Shown here in pieces: positions 12,321 through 26,070 of a stretch of DNA of 64,000 nucleotides. Under the pieces are notes generated by a model. It made no database searches. It was not told the DNA's origin and was given only the letters and a program-made list of their open reading frames with translations. A program made the translations under genes and the position numbers. The first letter of the stretch is position 1, and each line of letters opens with the position of its first letter. Source of the stretch: Octopus sinensis (lineage: Eukaryota); assembly GCF_006345805.1 (NCBI RefSeq), contig NW_021833059.1:186001-250000 (forward strand). The letters are read 5' to 3'.

Positions 12321-13734
12321 AAAATTAATGCTCACAAATAGCATCATCTTCCTTGTTCTGTAGCATAGTATTGAACAAAGCAAACTTATTCTTCAAATAC
12401 TCCCGACTACATTTCATCCTCGAGATGACTCGCACTTGATACTCAAAAGCGACGCTTGCCCACGAAAAGATCGACCAATTCTCTTCTGACTTTTGACCTC
12501 TCGGTAGTTCTTGCTGTGAGCTCCTAGACTGAGCAAGCAGTAATTCTTCCTGAAATAATAATATCCAATAACCTATTCTTTCAATTCCTCACATGTCGTG
12601 ATTTCACTTTATCAGTCAGCCATACTGTCGGACTGTTCCACTTGCTGCTTTTTAAGATTACTATAAATAAGCAGCCCCCAATACTTAAATAGTCCATAGG
12701 ACAGGTATAGGTCATCTCCATACCTCGCGACTTCCAATACCTTCATCAGTCTGTCGATCTCGTCGTCGTATATCTAAATGACAGTCCTCTACCCACCTTA
12801 GTCACTTCGCCGTCGTCCAAAAGTGTATTTGGTGTTATATTAGTGACTATTTTTTACACTCGTTGAAAGTTTTGTCTCAATTCACACTTCAGAGATTCTT
12901 GCAATCGATTCGATCCTCAGTCGTGGATATTTCTGGCCTTCATTCTCACTGAGTTGCTCGTTTATACCAAATTAATCTACAAATTTGTCACCTTCGTTTA
13001 TTTCCACTCAAGACAGAGAGGAAAGCTAACTAATCCTCCCATGTTTATTTCCTATTTGTGATCTTGTTTGCTGTCTTAAAACGTTCTAGTTTGTTGAGTT
13101 ATTCAGTAAGTGAAGGAAACTCTCACTTCTTTGACCACCGGGAAGTGTCTTCTCCAATTGAAGGGGGCTATAACCTTATTATGTATGCTTGTCACCAGCC
13201 GTCTTCTCACTTGGACAGCAGAATATCTCAAAGTTCATTTGTCGATCAATTTCATTAATTTTCTTACATTTTATCGCTCCATAATCTTTTCTGTTGTAAG
13301 TAAAAAATGTCGACTTTCCTATTGTTGGCCAGAGTTGTTTTGAAATCATAAGACATTCCACTGGTCTAGGAAATGGACCTTTAAATGTGTCGTTCTGGCA
13401 ATTAACGATCTCTGATTCTTCTCCAAGTGTGGTTTAATAATTATCATAAACCAATTGCAAGTTAAAAGAAAAAAACATTTTTGACAAATATATTTAACGT
13501 TTAAACAACCTGGTTCTCCCAAATGCCGCAATAGGTCACACAGAAACTGTATTTTGTGGAATACCAATTAAGACATCTCCAATCATCTTGAATTGAGACT
13601 TATTGGCTGTTGATTTGCGACTAAAGTCGGTATCCCCATACTCTTAGGTGGCTAGCCCTGTACGTGGCCAAACAAGTAGTTATACAAGAAATGTATTACA
13701 AATAATGTTAGGTTATGACTGAAGGACTGATTAG

Positions 13735-15176
13735 TTAGACAACTTCCTCATCCTCTTCTCCAACATCCCCTTCTATGTCTGGAGAAGCGTCCTGATATTG
13801 CTGATATTCACAGACGAGGTCCTGTAGGTTAGAATCGGCCTCAGTGAACTCCATTTCATCCATTCCTTCCCCAGTATACCAATGTAGAAATGCCCTCCGA
13901 CGAAACATAGCTCGAAACTGTTCAGAAATTCTTCTAAAAACTTGTTGTATGGCTGTGCTATTCCCCACAAACGTGGCCGACATTTTGAGTCCACGAGGGG
14001 CAATGTCACATACAGCAGTCTTGACGTTGTTTGGGATCCATTCAACAAAGTACCCACTGTTCTTAGTTTGGACAGTCAGCATCTGCTCGTCCACTTCCTT
14101 CATGGACATTCTTCCGCGGAAAATTGCAGCCACCGTGAGATAACGGCCATGGCGTGGGTCACAGGCAGTCATCATATTTTTGGCCGCAAACATTTGCTGA
14201 GTCAATTCGGGGACGGACAATGCCCTGTACTGCTGAGAACCTCGGGAAGTCAATGGCGCAAAACCAGACATGAAAAAATGCAGACGCGGAAAAGGAACCA
14301 TATTTACAGCCAATTTCCTCAAATCTGCATTAAGCTACAATTCCTTAATAAAAGAGACAACCTGCCCAGGAAAACGAAGACATGTGGTCACTCCTGACAT
14401 GGTGGCGGACACGAGGTGGTTGAGGTCCCCGTAGGTGGGGGTAGTCAGTTTAAGGGTCCCAAAACAAATGTCATAAAGTGCTTCATTGTCGATGCAATAT
14501 GTCTGGTCAGTGTACTCTACTAGTTGATGCACGGAGAGAGTGGCGTTGTAAGGTTCCACCACCGTGTCCGACACCTTTGATGAGTCACTGAGGGGGTACC
14601 TTGGGGGAAGGCATCACGGAATATGTGCTCATTATACGATCGGGGTATTCCTCCTTACTCGATTTATCACGAGGGACCCCATTCCTGAACCTGTCCCTCC
14701 TCCCAGTGAGTGAGTCAATTGGAATCCCTGAAGACAGTCGCAGTTCTCGGCTTCTTTCTCAGCACATCGAGAACTGAGTCGACTAATTCTGCCCCTTCCG
14801 TGTAATGTCCTTTTGCCCAATTATTTCCCGCCCCTGATTGACCAAATACGAAATTGTCAGGACGGAATAGTCTTCCGAAGGGACCCCCGCGGACTGAGTC
14901 CATGGTCCCTGGCTCAAGGTCGATCATGATTGCTCTCGGGACGTACTGTCCGGCTAAAAGGAATTATTTTTGCTATACAAACTGGAAGCTTCGTTGTAGT
15001 AGACATTGATTCTCTCCAATTGGACGTCATCCTCTCCTTTATAGGTCCCTGATTGGTCAATTCCGTGTTCGTCGGAAATGACCTCCCAAAACTATTATTG
15101 ATTTTTAGGATTTATTGACCTTGGAACCGATTTGGTTACCGCATTGGCCTGCCTGCATGTGTACAATCTCTCGCAT
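13735..15176 (-). CDS. TUBB: Beta-tubulin, 5 exons
   Basis: [17 protein letters not shown] start, GGGTGSG, acidic tail. Introns 15119-15092 (28 nt), 14982-14954 (29), 14599-14575 (25), 14361-14335 (27). Two single-G deletions in G runs near 14755 and 14655 are probably assembly errors. Confidence 0.97.
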
Positions 15177-15816
15177 TTTAGATAAGTGGACCGGAATTCA
15201 ATTATGCTTTATTGTAAATAAGGATAATCCAATTATTAATTTAATATTTCTAATTTACTTATATTATAACTAAATGCTATCAAATTACACCAAATTTACA
15301 TACTTTAAAAATCGAATTTTTAATACAAAATTCTGATAAATTTACGTCATTATAATAATTAAATAATAATGAAAATCCCCATTTACGTAGCCCAGAACAA
15401 TACATTATGTATGAACGAGTATATATATCCCCAGCTCATTTAAATAGTAAATACATCGATTAAACTGGCAACATATTTCATCGATAAAAACTCTGACAGT
15501 ACAATAAATAACCGTCCGCGGATGGGTTATAAGAATATAAAGAAAAAACGGAAAGGTCATCACGGAAAAAGTCCGCAGTGGTGAAAGTAACTCAAAAGTT
15601 CGTTTGGTCAAAAATTATATTTTCTAAACCAAACAAAATCAAATTTCAAGAATTTTTTTAAATTGTTAAAAAAACCACGTAAAATCATTTATCATATCTG
15701 AATTGGATAAAAATTATCTTAAAGAACCCCACGTGATTATCAAATGAATATTTTATTAGAAAAAACAAGAAAATTGTTATAATTAGAGAGTACTGGATTG
15801 ATTTGTTTGATTAATT

Positions 15817-17763
15817 TCACATTTCTTTACTTCTAAATTTTGTCTTATTACTGAAATGATAGTTGACAGGATATAAATAACAAAAACTAAAAATAACCCA
15901 AAAATAAATACAAATCATAAATATTCCACCAAATAATATCCACTGTTTCCCATCCGCGTAAACCAAAAGAACAAAAATAAAAAAATTCGAAATAACCGGA
16001 AGAACAGGCACAAACGGCGTCTACAAATATTAAATAACGGAACCTTATAGACTTCCTTTTCTTCTTGTTTGGGGATCCTTTGCAACACGATGAGACATCC
16101 AATCAAGCCCAGACCCAGCAGTCCCATCAACGAGAAATACAAAACCAAATTCTGAATCGGAAATTTCATCAAAATTGCAATAAAAAATGTACATAGTGCT
16201 ACAAAATATATACATGTATGAATACTAGATATACTAGTCATAACTCTAGCAATTTTAATTTGTTTCGATGAGAGGAAATTATTGTCTGGTTTGTTAAAAT
16301 AACTAAAAATGAGCAAAAAAATGAACCGAACGTTGACTATAATCACATTCAAAATAACTGTGGCCACAAGAGTAGAAACCTCACAAATACTCAGAGCCGA
16401 TTCAGCAGTGAAAAACAAAGACACGACCCCTTATATGAGGGAGTGATAGTACCCATTAAAGCACACAGAACTAGACAGGCTCTTCTCACCATCACTTCGT
16501 CGTCGGGGTGGAAAAGGACCCTCGGAAAAAACCCATCCAACGTCATTGAGTACATCAAACGAGACCCTGTAAAGACCAACCCAAACAGACTAAACATAAA
16601 ATAACTTTCTGACTTTGAAATCAAGCCGCAAATGCAACCAACAGAAATGACGTAACCCAAAACTGGTTTCCCTTTATCGAGGAATGCCACCAGGAAGGGT
16701 GCTTTGATGTCGATTTCATAGTAGGGCATCATCAGGGAAATCACCACGGTGGTGGAGACATAGGCCACCGTGGCCACCACTATGGACAACACGGTGGCCA
16801 GGGGGATGGTCCTCGTTGGATTCTTCACTTCCCCGGCTGTGAGGTCAGTGGGGGATATTCAACCGATCACGGCGATGATTTCGACCCCCGACAGAGAGAA
16901 GAAGGCTGCCAAAGTCCCCACAAAAATCCCCGAGAAACCGTAAGGGGCGAATCCTCCGTTTCCGTGAAAATTCTCCCCCGCGGATTTATTAGACTAAAAT
17001 TCAAGTTTCCGTAAAAAAACAGGAGGCAGACTCCAATTTTGAATTTCCGCAAAACTCGAGCCTCCAATGACCACGGTGATGAGGACAATTATGTTAACGG
17101 TGACTAAATAAACCGCAAATTTGCTAGAATCCTTAGACTTGAACAAAAAGAGGACTGAAATGATCAAAAAACCAAACCCGACATGATCAAAGTGACCCCG
17201 ATTGGCAGAGGATTAAAAATACTCTCAAAATATTTTAATCGGGTTATTCTGAACGTTGAGAAGTAATCAGAGATTACGTAATTACACAACGAATCAATAT
17301 AAAAAGACAGGGACTTGGCAGTGATGACCCCACCTACTGTAAAGATCAAAGGATACCGAACAAATATGCTATAAAAAACAAAAATCCAATAATAAAGGCA
17401 GTCATTTCGCCATACACGGCATACCCGAATGCATAGAAGGACCCAGATCTGGGCATTCGAGTACCCACTTCTGCATACATCAATCCTTCAAAATAAGGAA
17501 AGTGAGGACCACCACTCAGAATGGCCATCAGGGCGGCAAGAAGAAAGGATATGATCGTGGCAGGACCGGCTTGTTGATTGATCATTAGTCCAGAGGCCAT
17601 ATACACCCCTGCTCCTATAATACAGCCAGTGCCTGTTTATATTTGTAGTATATATACTCATTGCTGTTAGTTTGAATAAAGTAATGTGACGATTTTGCTT
17701 CTGTTCATCGGGGGATATGTCGTGGTAGTGTTTCCTGGTGAAAATACGGACAAGGTCGTTCAT
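15817..17763 (-). CDS. Cationic amino acid transporter (SLC7/CAT, APC superfamily), multi-exon
   Basis: IIGAGVY, QAGPATIISF, LMYAEVGTRMPRSGSFY, GEVKNPTRTIPLA, GSRLMYSMTLDG, and a C-terminal MPVLPVISN CAT domain. Several ~25-nt introns. The 3' end is approximate. Confidence 0.88.
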
Positions 17764-17956
17764 TTTGGACTGAAATGACGGTGATTGACTTTTATATCAA
17801 AGACTTATCTCGGCAGTGATAATTTAGATAAAAGTAATTGGCTTTTCTTAAGAAGATAACTTGTGATTTTATAAAAAAAAGATTAAAAAAGAATTAAATA
17901 AATTTATTTGTTAATTATTTAAATAAATATAAATCTGATTGGTATTTGTTTTAGTG

Positions 17957-18731
17957 ATGGTTGACGTGCGTCGTGACATATTAGGCCGCTGTGAACTATA
18001 CGACTGTAATTAGCCATAAATTAACAAAAAATAGTCCTCTACGATGAAATATCAAAGGACAACACACCAACATCAACCCCCGAGTCCAGAAACAGTCTAT
18101 CCATAGCCTACAAACACAAAATAACCGACCTCCGCAGATCCCACTCCGCCCTATGCTGGCACATGCAATACGGCAACAACACAGAACTCAAAGAACACGA
18201 AGAAAGCATCAAAAACTACAAACAACTAATATATGAAGAAATCGTGGACTTTTGTAGCCGGGCAATCCAGCACACACAACTCCAAATCTCCGGCCTGGAA
18301 AGCCCAGAAGAGGACCCCCAAGCACACGTGTTTTGTCTCACTCAGTACCCCCCACACTCATAAGTAGAACGGGGGACTACGAGCGGTATATGGCAGAGGT
18401 GGCCCCTGATGAGGAAGTCAAGTTGATCAATGCCACAAAGAGCGAGGACGCGTATAAAAAGGCTCTGGAGATAGCCAAAGGGCTGAATCCCTCTGAGGCG
18501 AGCTATCTGGGGCTGTGTCTTAACTACAGTGTCTTTTTGTATGAGATTCTGGGGCAGACTAAGCGGGCTACTTCTCTGGCGAAGGAGGCCTTTGACTCTG
18601 CGGTGGAGCCGATGAGTTCGATGCAGGGACAGTCCACTGCCAAGGGGATATTTCATCAGATTAGGAGGAATCTGATTGTGTGGAATAGTGAGAGTGGAGA
18701 GGGGGATACTAACCTTGATGGGGACAGTTGA
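17957..18731 (+). CDS. Highly divergent 14-3-3 protein, 3 exons
   Basis: RNSLSIAYK..LRR, TGDYERYMAE, LGLCLNYSVFLYEI, IRRNLIVW. Introns 18006-18034 (29 nt) and 18345-18367 (23 nt). Confidence 0.88.
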
Positions 18732-19068
18732 GTCGTCCTTATTAGTTATTAACAGTCATTATTGGTTATTAATTGGGTTATGTTATTTTTGTGGTACCAC
18801 AAGAGAGTGTACGCGTATATAATTTATTATTTAATTAAATTTATTATTTAAATATATTTGTTAATCAGTTTAAGGTTGATTAAGTTTGTGGTTTTTTATG
18901 GCTAATTTAATTCAAACAGTTTGTGGTTTTAATTCTCCAATCAGAGTTAAGTCAATTCCTATGAGAATTTATAATTTATTGGAATGTTTATAATTTATGT
19001 TGTATAAATCAATATTGTTTAATTATTTAAAATTTAAATAAAATTTATTTTTGTCAAATTCTTGTTGT

Positions 19069-20122
19069 ATGCCACCTCGAATAGTAGAACCTCTTATTGT
19101 TGAACATGACGAATTATCTCTGGAACAAGACGAGTCATACTTACAAGACAACTCAAAAGGAGCCTACAAGGTCACATATGTGTGGAGAAATATCATCCTA
19201 ATGGCATTTTTCCACATTGGGGCACTCTATGGCTTATTCTTCGTAAGTTGGAATTCCCGCATCTACACCCTCATATTCTGTACTGTGCCCTTATCTCACC
19301 CCTAGCCGTATTATTGTACATGTTCTCTGCCCTTGGAATAACAGCAGGAGCCCACCGACTGTGGTCCCATCGAGCCTACAAGGCACATGTAGCCCTAAGA
19401 CTGTTCCTCATGATTGGGAACTCAGTGGCGGCCCAAAACTCTATTTTGGAGTGGAGCAGGGACCATCGAGTCCACCACAAGTATTCGGAGACCGACGCAG
19501 ATCCCCACAATGCACTACGCGGGTTTTTCTTTTCTCACGTGGGGTGGCTTCTGGTGAGGAAACACCCGGAAGTGATAGCGAAGGGCAGGTTGGTGAATTT
19601 TGAGGATTTGGAGAAGGATCCCGTCGTGGCCTTCCAGCACAAGTATTGTTGGGGTGTCGATTTAGGCATTATTTGGTGTTTTATTTGCTTTGTTGCTTCA
19701 TTCTCCCCTCCCTGATTCCCTTCTGGCTGTGGAATGAGACTATTTGGAATGCTTTTTGGATGGCGGCTATTTTTCGTTATGTTTTTACTTTGAATTGTAC
19801 GTGGCTTGTCAATTCGTTGGCTCATATGGTGGGGATACGGCCGTATGATGGGTCTATTGGGCCTGTCGAGAATTTGTGTGTTATTTTGGGGGCATTTGGG
19901 GAGGGATTCCACAATTTTCATCACACTTTTCCACATCATTACGCTACATCCGAGTTTGGGGTCACTTTTAATCCGACGACTCGGTTTATTGAGTTTATGG
20001 CGAGGATTGGGCTGGCATATGATTTGAAGACTGTGCCGGAGAGTGTTATTCTTAAGACGATGGATAAATTCGGAGATGGGTCTAAGGGGCTGTTTCCGCA
20101 TTTGAAAGGACGTTTAGATTAA
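19069..20122 (+). CDS. SCD: Stearoyl-CoA (delta-9) desaturase, metazoan type, 3 exons
   Basis: His boxes HRLWSH, HRVHH and HNFHH; TDADPHNA.RGFFFSHVGW; WLVNSLAH. Introns 19280-19305 (26 nt) and 19643-19665 (23 nt); open frame after splicing. Confidence 0.96.
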
Positions 20123-20799
20123 CTAGATTTTACTAATTTTGTTTGGTTTATTCATTAACAATTATTTTTATTCCAGTCATTGTGGTCTATTAAATCTGCT
20201 TAATTTGCGTCATTCGATTAATAATTAGCTTGTTTAGATTGGATATTAAGCAGAGTGAAGTAATATTTTATTAATGCTCACAAATTAAAAAACAGTGGCT
20301 CGTATGATCTATTTTGAAATTATTGAAAAATGAAAGATGTCGGATTACTGACAGTCAAATTATTGTTTTTCTTGTTTGCAGTATTTTGCTTTTAAACTGA
20401 TATTTTCATTAGTATAGTTCTATATAAAAAATCAAATGACTTAATTATGAACTATATCAGGAATTCGCATTAAATAACTTTTTTTATTGCAATATAAATT
20501 AAGTTCCTGGAGTTCGTAATTTTGGCATTGATCAGACTGGTCTCTTACATCTTGATAATCATCTACTGAAATGTACTTCTCGGTGAAGAATTCGATTGGA
20601 TTTTATTCTAACCGATTGGTATGCGACATTTGTGAGTCTGAGAAAGACCAGTTGATGTATATACAGCTTATATTGGTCTACTCTCACTTGATAGTATTGG
20701 AGAAGACCTCGACCTGTCAGTAACTCAAACATTTTTTGTGGTCCTTGACTGTTTATTTTCAAACAACCACTCTCTATTGCCCTAATAGTAATTTGTCTA

Positions 20800-20930
20800 T
20801 AATCAGATTGAACAACACTGTCGATAGGCTTGTTTAAATTGCAAATATAAATATTAAGCAGAGTGAACTAATATTTTCTTACAATAATCATTTGATAAAT
20901 ACGATCCGTAGGATGATCGTATTATATTGT
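20800..20930 (+). repeat. Dispersed ~140-bp repeat; other copies at 29010-29180 and partial at 20230-20260
   Basis: AATATTAAGCAGAGTGAACTAATATTTTCTTACAATAATCATTTGATAAATAC...ATGATCGTATTATATTG is shared almost verbatim. Confidence 0.8.
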
Positions 20931-21449
20931 TTGATTCAGAAATAGAAGAAATATGTGATGAAAATTGTTTGATTCATGAAAATTATCAAATTGACGGCAA
21001 AAACTTTTCACAGAACTGTTCGAGAAAACAAAAACAGCAAGACTAAGTTGAAGAGGAAAATAAAAAAAATTATGTTCCACACTATATGAAGCTTGTGAAT
21101 ATGTGAAGACGAAGAATTATGGTTTATTGAGAATGATTATGAATAAAGAGCAAAAGTATACGAAATACAAAAAATTTTAAGAAATTATCAGACTAATCAT
21201 TCTCAAAAAATCACTGATTACATTATCAAAATCTAAAAATAATCTTTTTAATTATACTTTAATATTATTAATCGTTATTTTGATTCCTTGTTCTAGTTTT
21301 TGTTCACTTTTTAAACTACAGTATTTAATATTAATTTAAATTTAGTCAAAATATGCAATTTGATTTTATAGCAATTATTCAACCTAAACAGAATAAGATT
21401 TCAGATATTTTTTGACGAATAAATCTGTAGGGTTATTTCCTAATGTCTT

Positions 21450-24060
21450 GTTTTTCATTAGAATTAATGTTGTGTGGAACAATCATTCTAACACTAAAAA
21501 ATTTAGAAACAACATTTATTCTATACAATGCAGGTTTTCGATATGAGCAGATAGAGAACAAATCTAAATGTATTCACTACAGATTTAACTCAAGAATAAG
21601 ACGAAAGACTAAAGTCTTACCTTTTGAGATCAATCAGATCTATCTGAAATCTCTCATTTGTTTTGAGACTATTATGTGGTTTTCAGGATCAACTTTTTTT
21701 AGTGCTGTCGCAAATCGAGATCACATTCCGATACCACTTTCCTGATGATTTCTCGTTGAACAAAAAATATCTCTGATTACAAAACTCTTCCAACGTGTTA
21801 TGTCCGGTATGAGTCAATTGATAAATTTTCATAGACACTAATTGCATCTTATACATCAGTGGTTCTCAACCTTTATTTTGTATCGCCCCCTTGGAATTTT
21901 TTTCGCCTCTCCAATTTTTATATCGCCCCCTTATTTCATTAGTAAAAATTTTTATTTAAAAAATAAGAGTTTTAATGAGATCCTTGTGGTTGATGAAGAT
22001 TGACAAGTTTTTCAAAATTTGTACTTCTTTTCGTAAGTGTAATTCTAATGTCGCCTCTTTCTTCTATATTTAGTTTGTTTCTTTTTTTTCCGATCATACT
22101 ATTCAGAGTGCTGAATCCTCTCTCTACGCAGTATGACGTAGGAAAACATAATATTATTGGCATCATTTTTTCCCATAATTTCGGGAAGTTTAAATTAATT
22201 AAATCTTCAAATCTTTTTTTCAAATCTTGTTCCAAAGATTCTAAAGGAAATTCATAAATTTTCAGATCGTTGTCATCAAAAGTGTGGTTATAAAAATCGA
22301 ATTTTCCAAATTTTCTATTACTTAAATTAAATTTGTAAAATTGAATTTTTTCAATGAATGTATTTATAATTCGTTTGCAATCAATTAAATTAACATAATC
22401 TCCTTGTAAAGCCAATGAAACTTCATTTAATTTTGTAAAAATCCAATTTAAATAAAAATATTTTTTCTATGAATTTTGCAGGAATTAAACAATTTAAATT
22501 TTTCTTGTAATCTTAAAAAATCAACAATTGCATCAAATAATATCACAAATCTTTCAAGACAATTTCCCTTGGATAACCATCTTATTTCGGTATGTAAAAG
22601 TAACCTAACATAATCTTCATTTTGATTAGTGCAGTATTCACGAAAAATACGATCGTACTTGCTGTTTCTTTTAATTTTATTGATAACTTTGATAACAATT
22701 TGCATTGATGCATTCAATTCTTCAGATAATTTTTTGCAATTAAATGATACCGATGTAAAATACATTGAATTGAAGTGGACATTGGAGATTTTTGTTTTAG
22801 AAAAGCTAAAAAAACCACGATATTTTCCAACCATAGCCATTGCGCCATCAGTTGCGCACGATAAAATATGTTCAAATGGAATATCATTTAAGAATAAATA
22901 AGATTCAAACATTTTGAATATTGACAATCCTGTAGTATCCGTGACTAAAGATTTTGCAAATAATAACTCTTCTTGCAAAATAGAATCATCATCGAAATAT
23001 CTTTATAAAAAGTATTTATAAAAAGTAATACCTTACATATGCCATCAAAATTGACTGATTATCAAAGACAACTGATTCGTCAAGTTGGACTGAAAACTTG
23101 CGTTCTCTGAGAAATAAAATTAAAGATTGTTCAATTTCATTAGAAATTTCATCAATTCTTCTTCGTATAGTGTCGTTGCTTAATGGAATAGTCTTCATAA
23201 TATTTGAAGAATCTTTTTGTAAGATATCGTTTATAAATAAATTTAAACAAGGACGGATGACATTTTCTGCAATCGAATGGGCATTACCTATAATTTTTTG
23301 CGATTATCTCTGCAACTTTATATGAATAAGATATCCAGAGACATTTTGAGATATATTTTTATTAAAGATTGACGGTAAGGTGTTTTTATTTTTAAAATTC
23401 TTTTTTAATTTTTTTTTTAATTCTAGAAAAAAGTCTGGCTTTTTTCCAATTGAATTATGATGTTTTCGCTTTAAATGTTCAATCAAACGAGACGGTTTCA
23501 TTGCCTCATTTGAAAAAATTGTACCACATTGAAGACAAAGTGGTTTATTAGGATCTTGAGGATCTTCAATAAATCCAAGAGAAATATATTCATCTTTATA
23601 CATTCTGACTTTTTTTTGAACACGACCCGTAAAGATAAAAAGAAATCACGCTTAGAAATTTAAATAAAATATAATAAAAATATCATATTATTAATAAATA
23701 TATTAGACTCGATTATATATCTTTATTTTTTCAAAGATTATCGACTTCTAACATAAGATTTTAATTTTTCAAATATTAGCAATCAGCCATCGCCCCCCTG
23801 GCAGAAAAAATCGCCCCTAGGGGGCGAATCGCCCACCGTTGAGAACCACTGTTATACATGATTGTCTGCAGAAAAGACTATTTTATAATTTCCACATGAG
23901 TCTTTCAGATATAGCCGCCCGGTAATGAAAGTAAAATTCTTCGACTTTTGAGTTAATTTGTATTTTTTAGTTAGATATTCCAATGATCCCCTGCTCTTCC
24001 AATATTTTAACTATATCATCATATTCTTGGACAGTTTTGACAAAACAGGGAGGCATCAAA
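21450..24060 (-). mobile_element. Second Ginger-like integrase gene remnant, split by the hAT at 21857-23851
   Basis: KKYKLTQKSKNF...RLYLK (right of the hAT) and TH.GHN...QRYFFVQREIIRKVVSEC...NERFQIDLIDLK (left of the hAT) are collinear with the 6.5-7.5 kb Ginger protein. Confidence 0.7.
21857..23851 (-). mobile_element. Near full-length hAT Buster (ZBED5/ZBED8-like) transposon
   Basis: TIR CAGTGGTTCTCAAC; perfect TSD TTATACAT (21849-21856 and 23852-23859). BED finger, PLSNDTIRRRI, FSVQLDES, TDGA, WLSKG and CVERGFS motifs. 31-nt intron 23031-23001 in YVR|Y. Several frameshifts. Confidence 0.95.
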
Positions 24061-24189
24061 AAACTTTAAAGAATACGTATGTTAAATTATCTATTTAAAA
24101 ATTATCAAATGCTGCGCCTTTTAAAAATATTGAAATTATACATTTCTTAATTTTAAATATAATAACTAAGAAATTAGATTAGATTTTAA

Positions 24190-24800
24190 AAAATTAGATT
24201 GCGGACTAGATTTACGTTCCTTTACAGTTTTCTTTGTGGCTCATTTTTTTACAGCAGTCGCCTTTTTAGAGACAGCCTTGTTTTCACCAGTCTTCTTTAC
24301 GGCTGGTTTCTTCGCAGGCACGTCTTTTTTTGCTTTGGACACTTTATCTGGCGATTTATTGACAGCTGGCTCTGTTTTATATACTTTCTTGGATTTGACA
24401 GCCTTAACTTTCGGACTGGCAACTTTTTTAGAAGCCGTCGCTTTTTTTGTTTTAGTTGCTTTTCTTTCAGCTTTATTATTAAGAGATTGGAGCCTTTTTG
24501 CCTTCCGCTCTGCTTTTTTAGCGAGAAGAGAATTGGGAAGGCAAAATGATCCAGTGGCACCGACACCCTTACAAACTCAAAAAATAAAGCGTACAGATAT
24601 TCTGAAAAACTGTCCACTCTCAATCGAGGAATTAATAACACGCTTTATAGCAAGATTAGTCCTTTTGTCATTATCCCCACGTTGTAATTGTTTTTGATAT
24701 ATAAGAACACTGTCACGGGTCGCCAGTTTGTTGTCTGAAAAGATTCCATGGCGGCAATAAACAGTCCATTCGTGATGAAATTTGAAATGGAGAATCTACA
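24190..24800 (-). CDS. Linker histone H1
   Basis: Globular domain ..IAAM....YIKNNYNVG...IKRVI....SG|VGATGSF.L with a ~26-nt intron, followed by a K/A/P-rich tail. Homopolymer frameshifts; start and stop unresolved. Confidence 0.75.
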
Positions 24801-25949
24801 TAGTTTCACTCGTGATTTCCTAAAAAAATTTTTGTTTGTTTGTTATTTGGCCACTAATATGTCATTACACATATGCTTAGTTTGTCAATATACATTTTTA
24901 AATATATCAACTATGCTATATTTTTTTCATCAGAAAATACAACTAAGATTTGAATACATCCTTTATATATTCTTTAAAATTTTTATTAGAGTAAAAAAAT
25001 CTTTGAATTTTGATATTTATGGCTAGTTTTTGATAAACTGCAAATATTAATGTTTCCACTACAGTTAATATATTATGATATTTTTGCTGCAGTATTAATA
25101 AACATGTATTTAGATAAAAACACTCATCTACTTTGAGAAAGTTCATCTTCTGTGTATCTGATTTTTTGACGTATTTTATGTCTAAAAAATGTAGTTACTT
25201 GTCAAAAGTAGCATATAAATAATATTCACAAATTTATTTTAAAATTTCTAGTTTCATAAATAACGTAATCTAATAATTAAGATTTTTATTCCATTTTAGC
25301 GAAACTACTGAAAATTCCTAGCGTCTTTTTTGCACTAAGGAAACTGACTTCTCGAATAACTTAAATCATTTTTTCAATTATGTTTATGTTCTCTGGCCAA
25401 ACTCAACGGATTTTTATATTTTTAACCTCGAGTCGAATATTTGTTTAGTTTTTTAACGAGAAAATTTTTTTCACAAAATGACTCTTGTTCTGGAGAAGAC
25501 AAAATAGAAATCTCGGACAAGGTACTTTTTGTCTAATTATCAGGTAAATCTATATTTATGTACTCCCGGTTTATACTTTTAAACAAAAGTAAAAACTATT
25601 CAAACAAATTTGGTTCAAGAGAAAGCTGCTTTAAGCTTTTCTATTTAAATATACTGTATTGTCAAATTTTAATGCTGTAAAGTTTACAGCAGGATACATT
25701 CAAATTTTTACAACAGACACACCAAGAAGTACCTATTCTAAACTGTTCTAAGTTTGTGCAGAGCCGACGTTGACAAATTAATTGATATTATATTTAATAA
25801 AATAAATCACCAGGTGTAGTAAATTGCTCTTAGTTACTCGTTTATGTGCAATTATTAGACACTATTAAAAACAAATTTTTGTTACTCCTTGCCTTAAACA
25901 TAGAATGGAGACATGTTCGATGCAGCTAATTGTTTTTGGGACAGAAATA

Positions 25950-26070
25950 CTTTTTGAGTCCTATGTATTATAGGTTTATTGTAGCAAAATCTCTGTAAAT
26001 TATTTACAGATGGAGCACCAGCAATGCTTAGATGTAACTCTGGTTTCCGAGTTGGGTTGCAATGCTATTT
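25950..26070 (+). mobile_element. hAT catalytic-core fragment
   Basis: TDGAPAML..NSGF motif. Confidence 0.45.

Noticed and set aside
14640-14770. Frameshifts in beta-tubulin (also H1, RPL35A, CSE1, IMPDH) as programmed frameshifting or insertional RNA editing
   Set aside because: Each is a one-base loss in a homopolymer or doublet run (GG, GGG, AAAA, TTTT), the typical long-read or pyrosequencing consensus error. Other genes (SCD, MRPS12, MRPS7, Merlin) are clean. Short-read polishing would settle it.
19535-20101. Long antisense ORFs (19535-20101, 13942-14397, 24236-24697, 7695-8003 and others)
   Set aside because: Shadow frames of real genes or TEs on the opposite strand, with no independent motifs.
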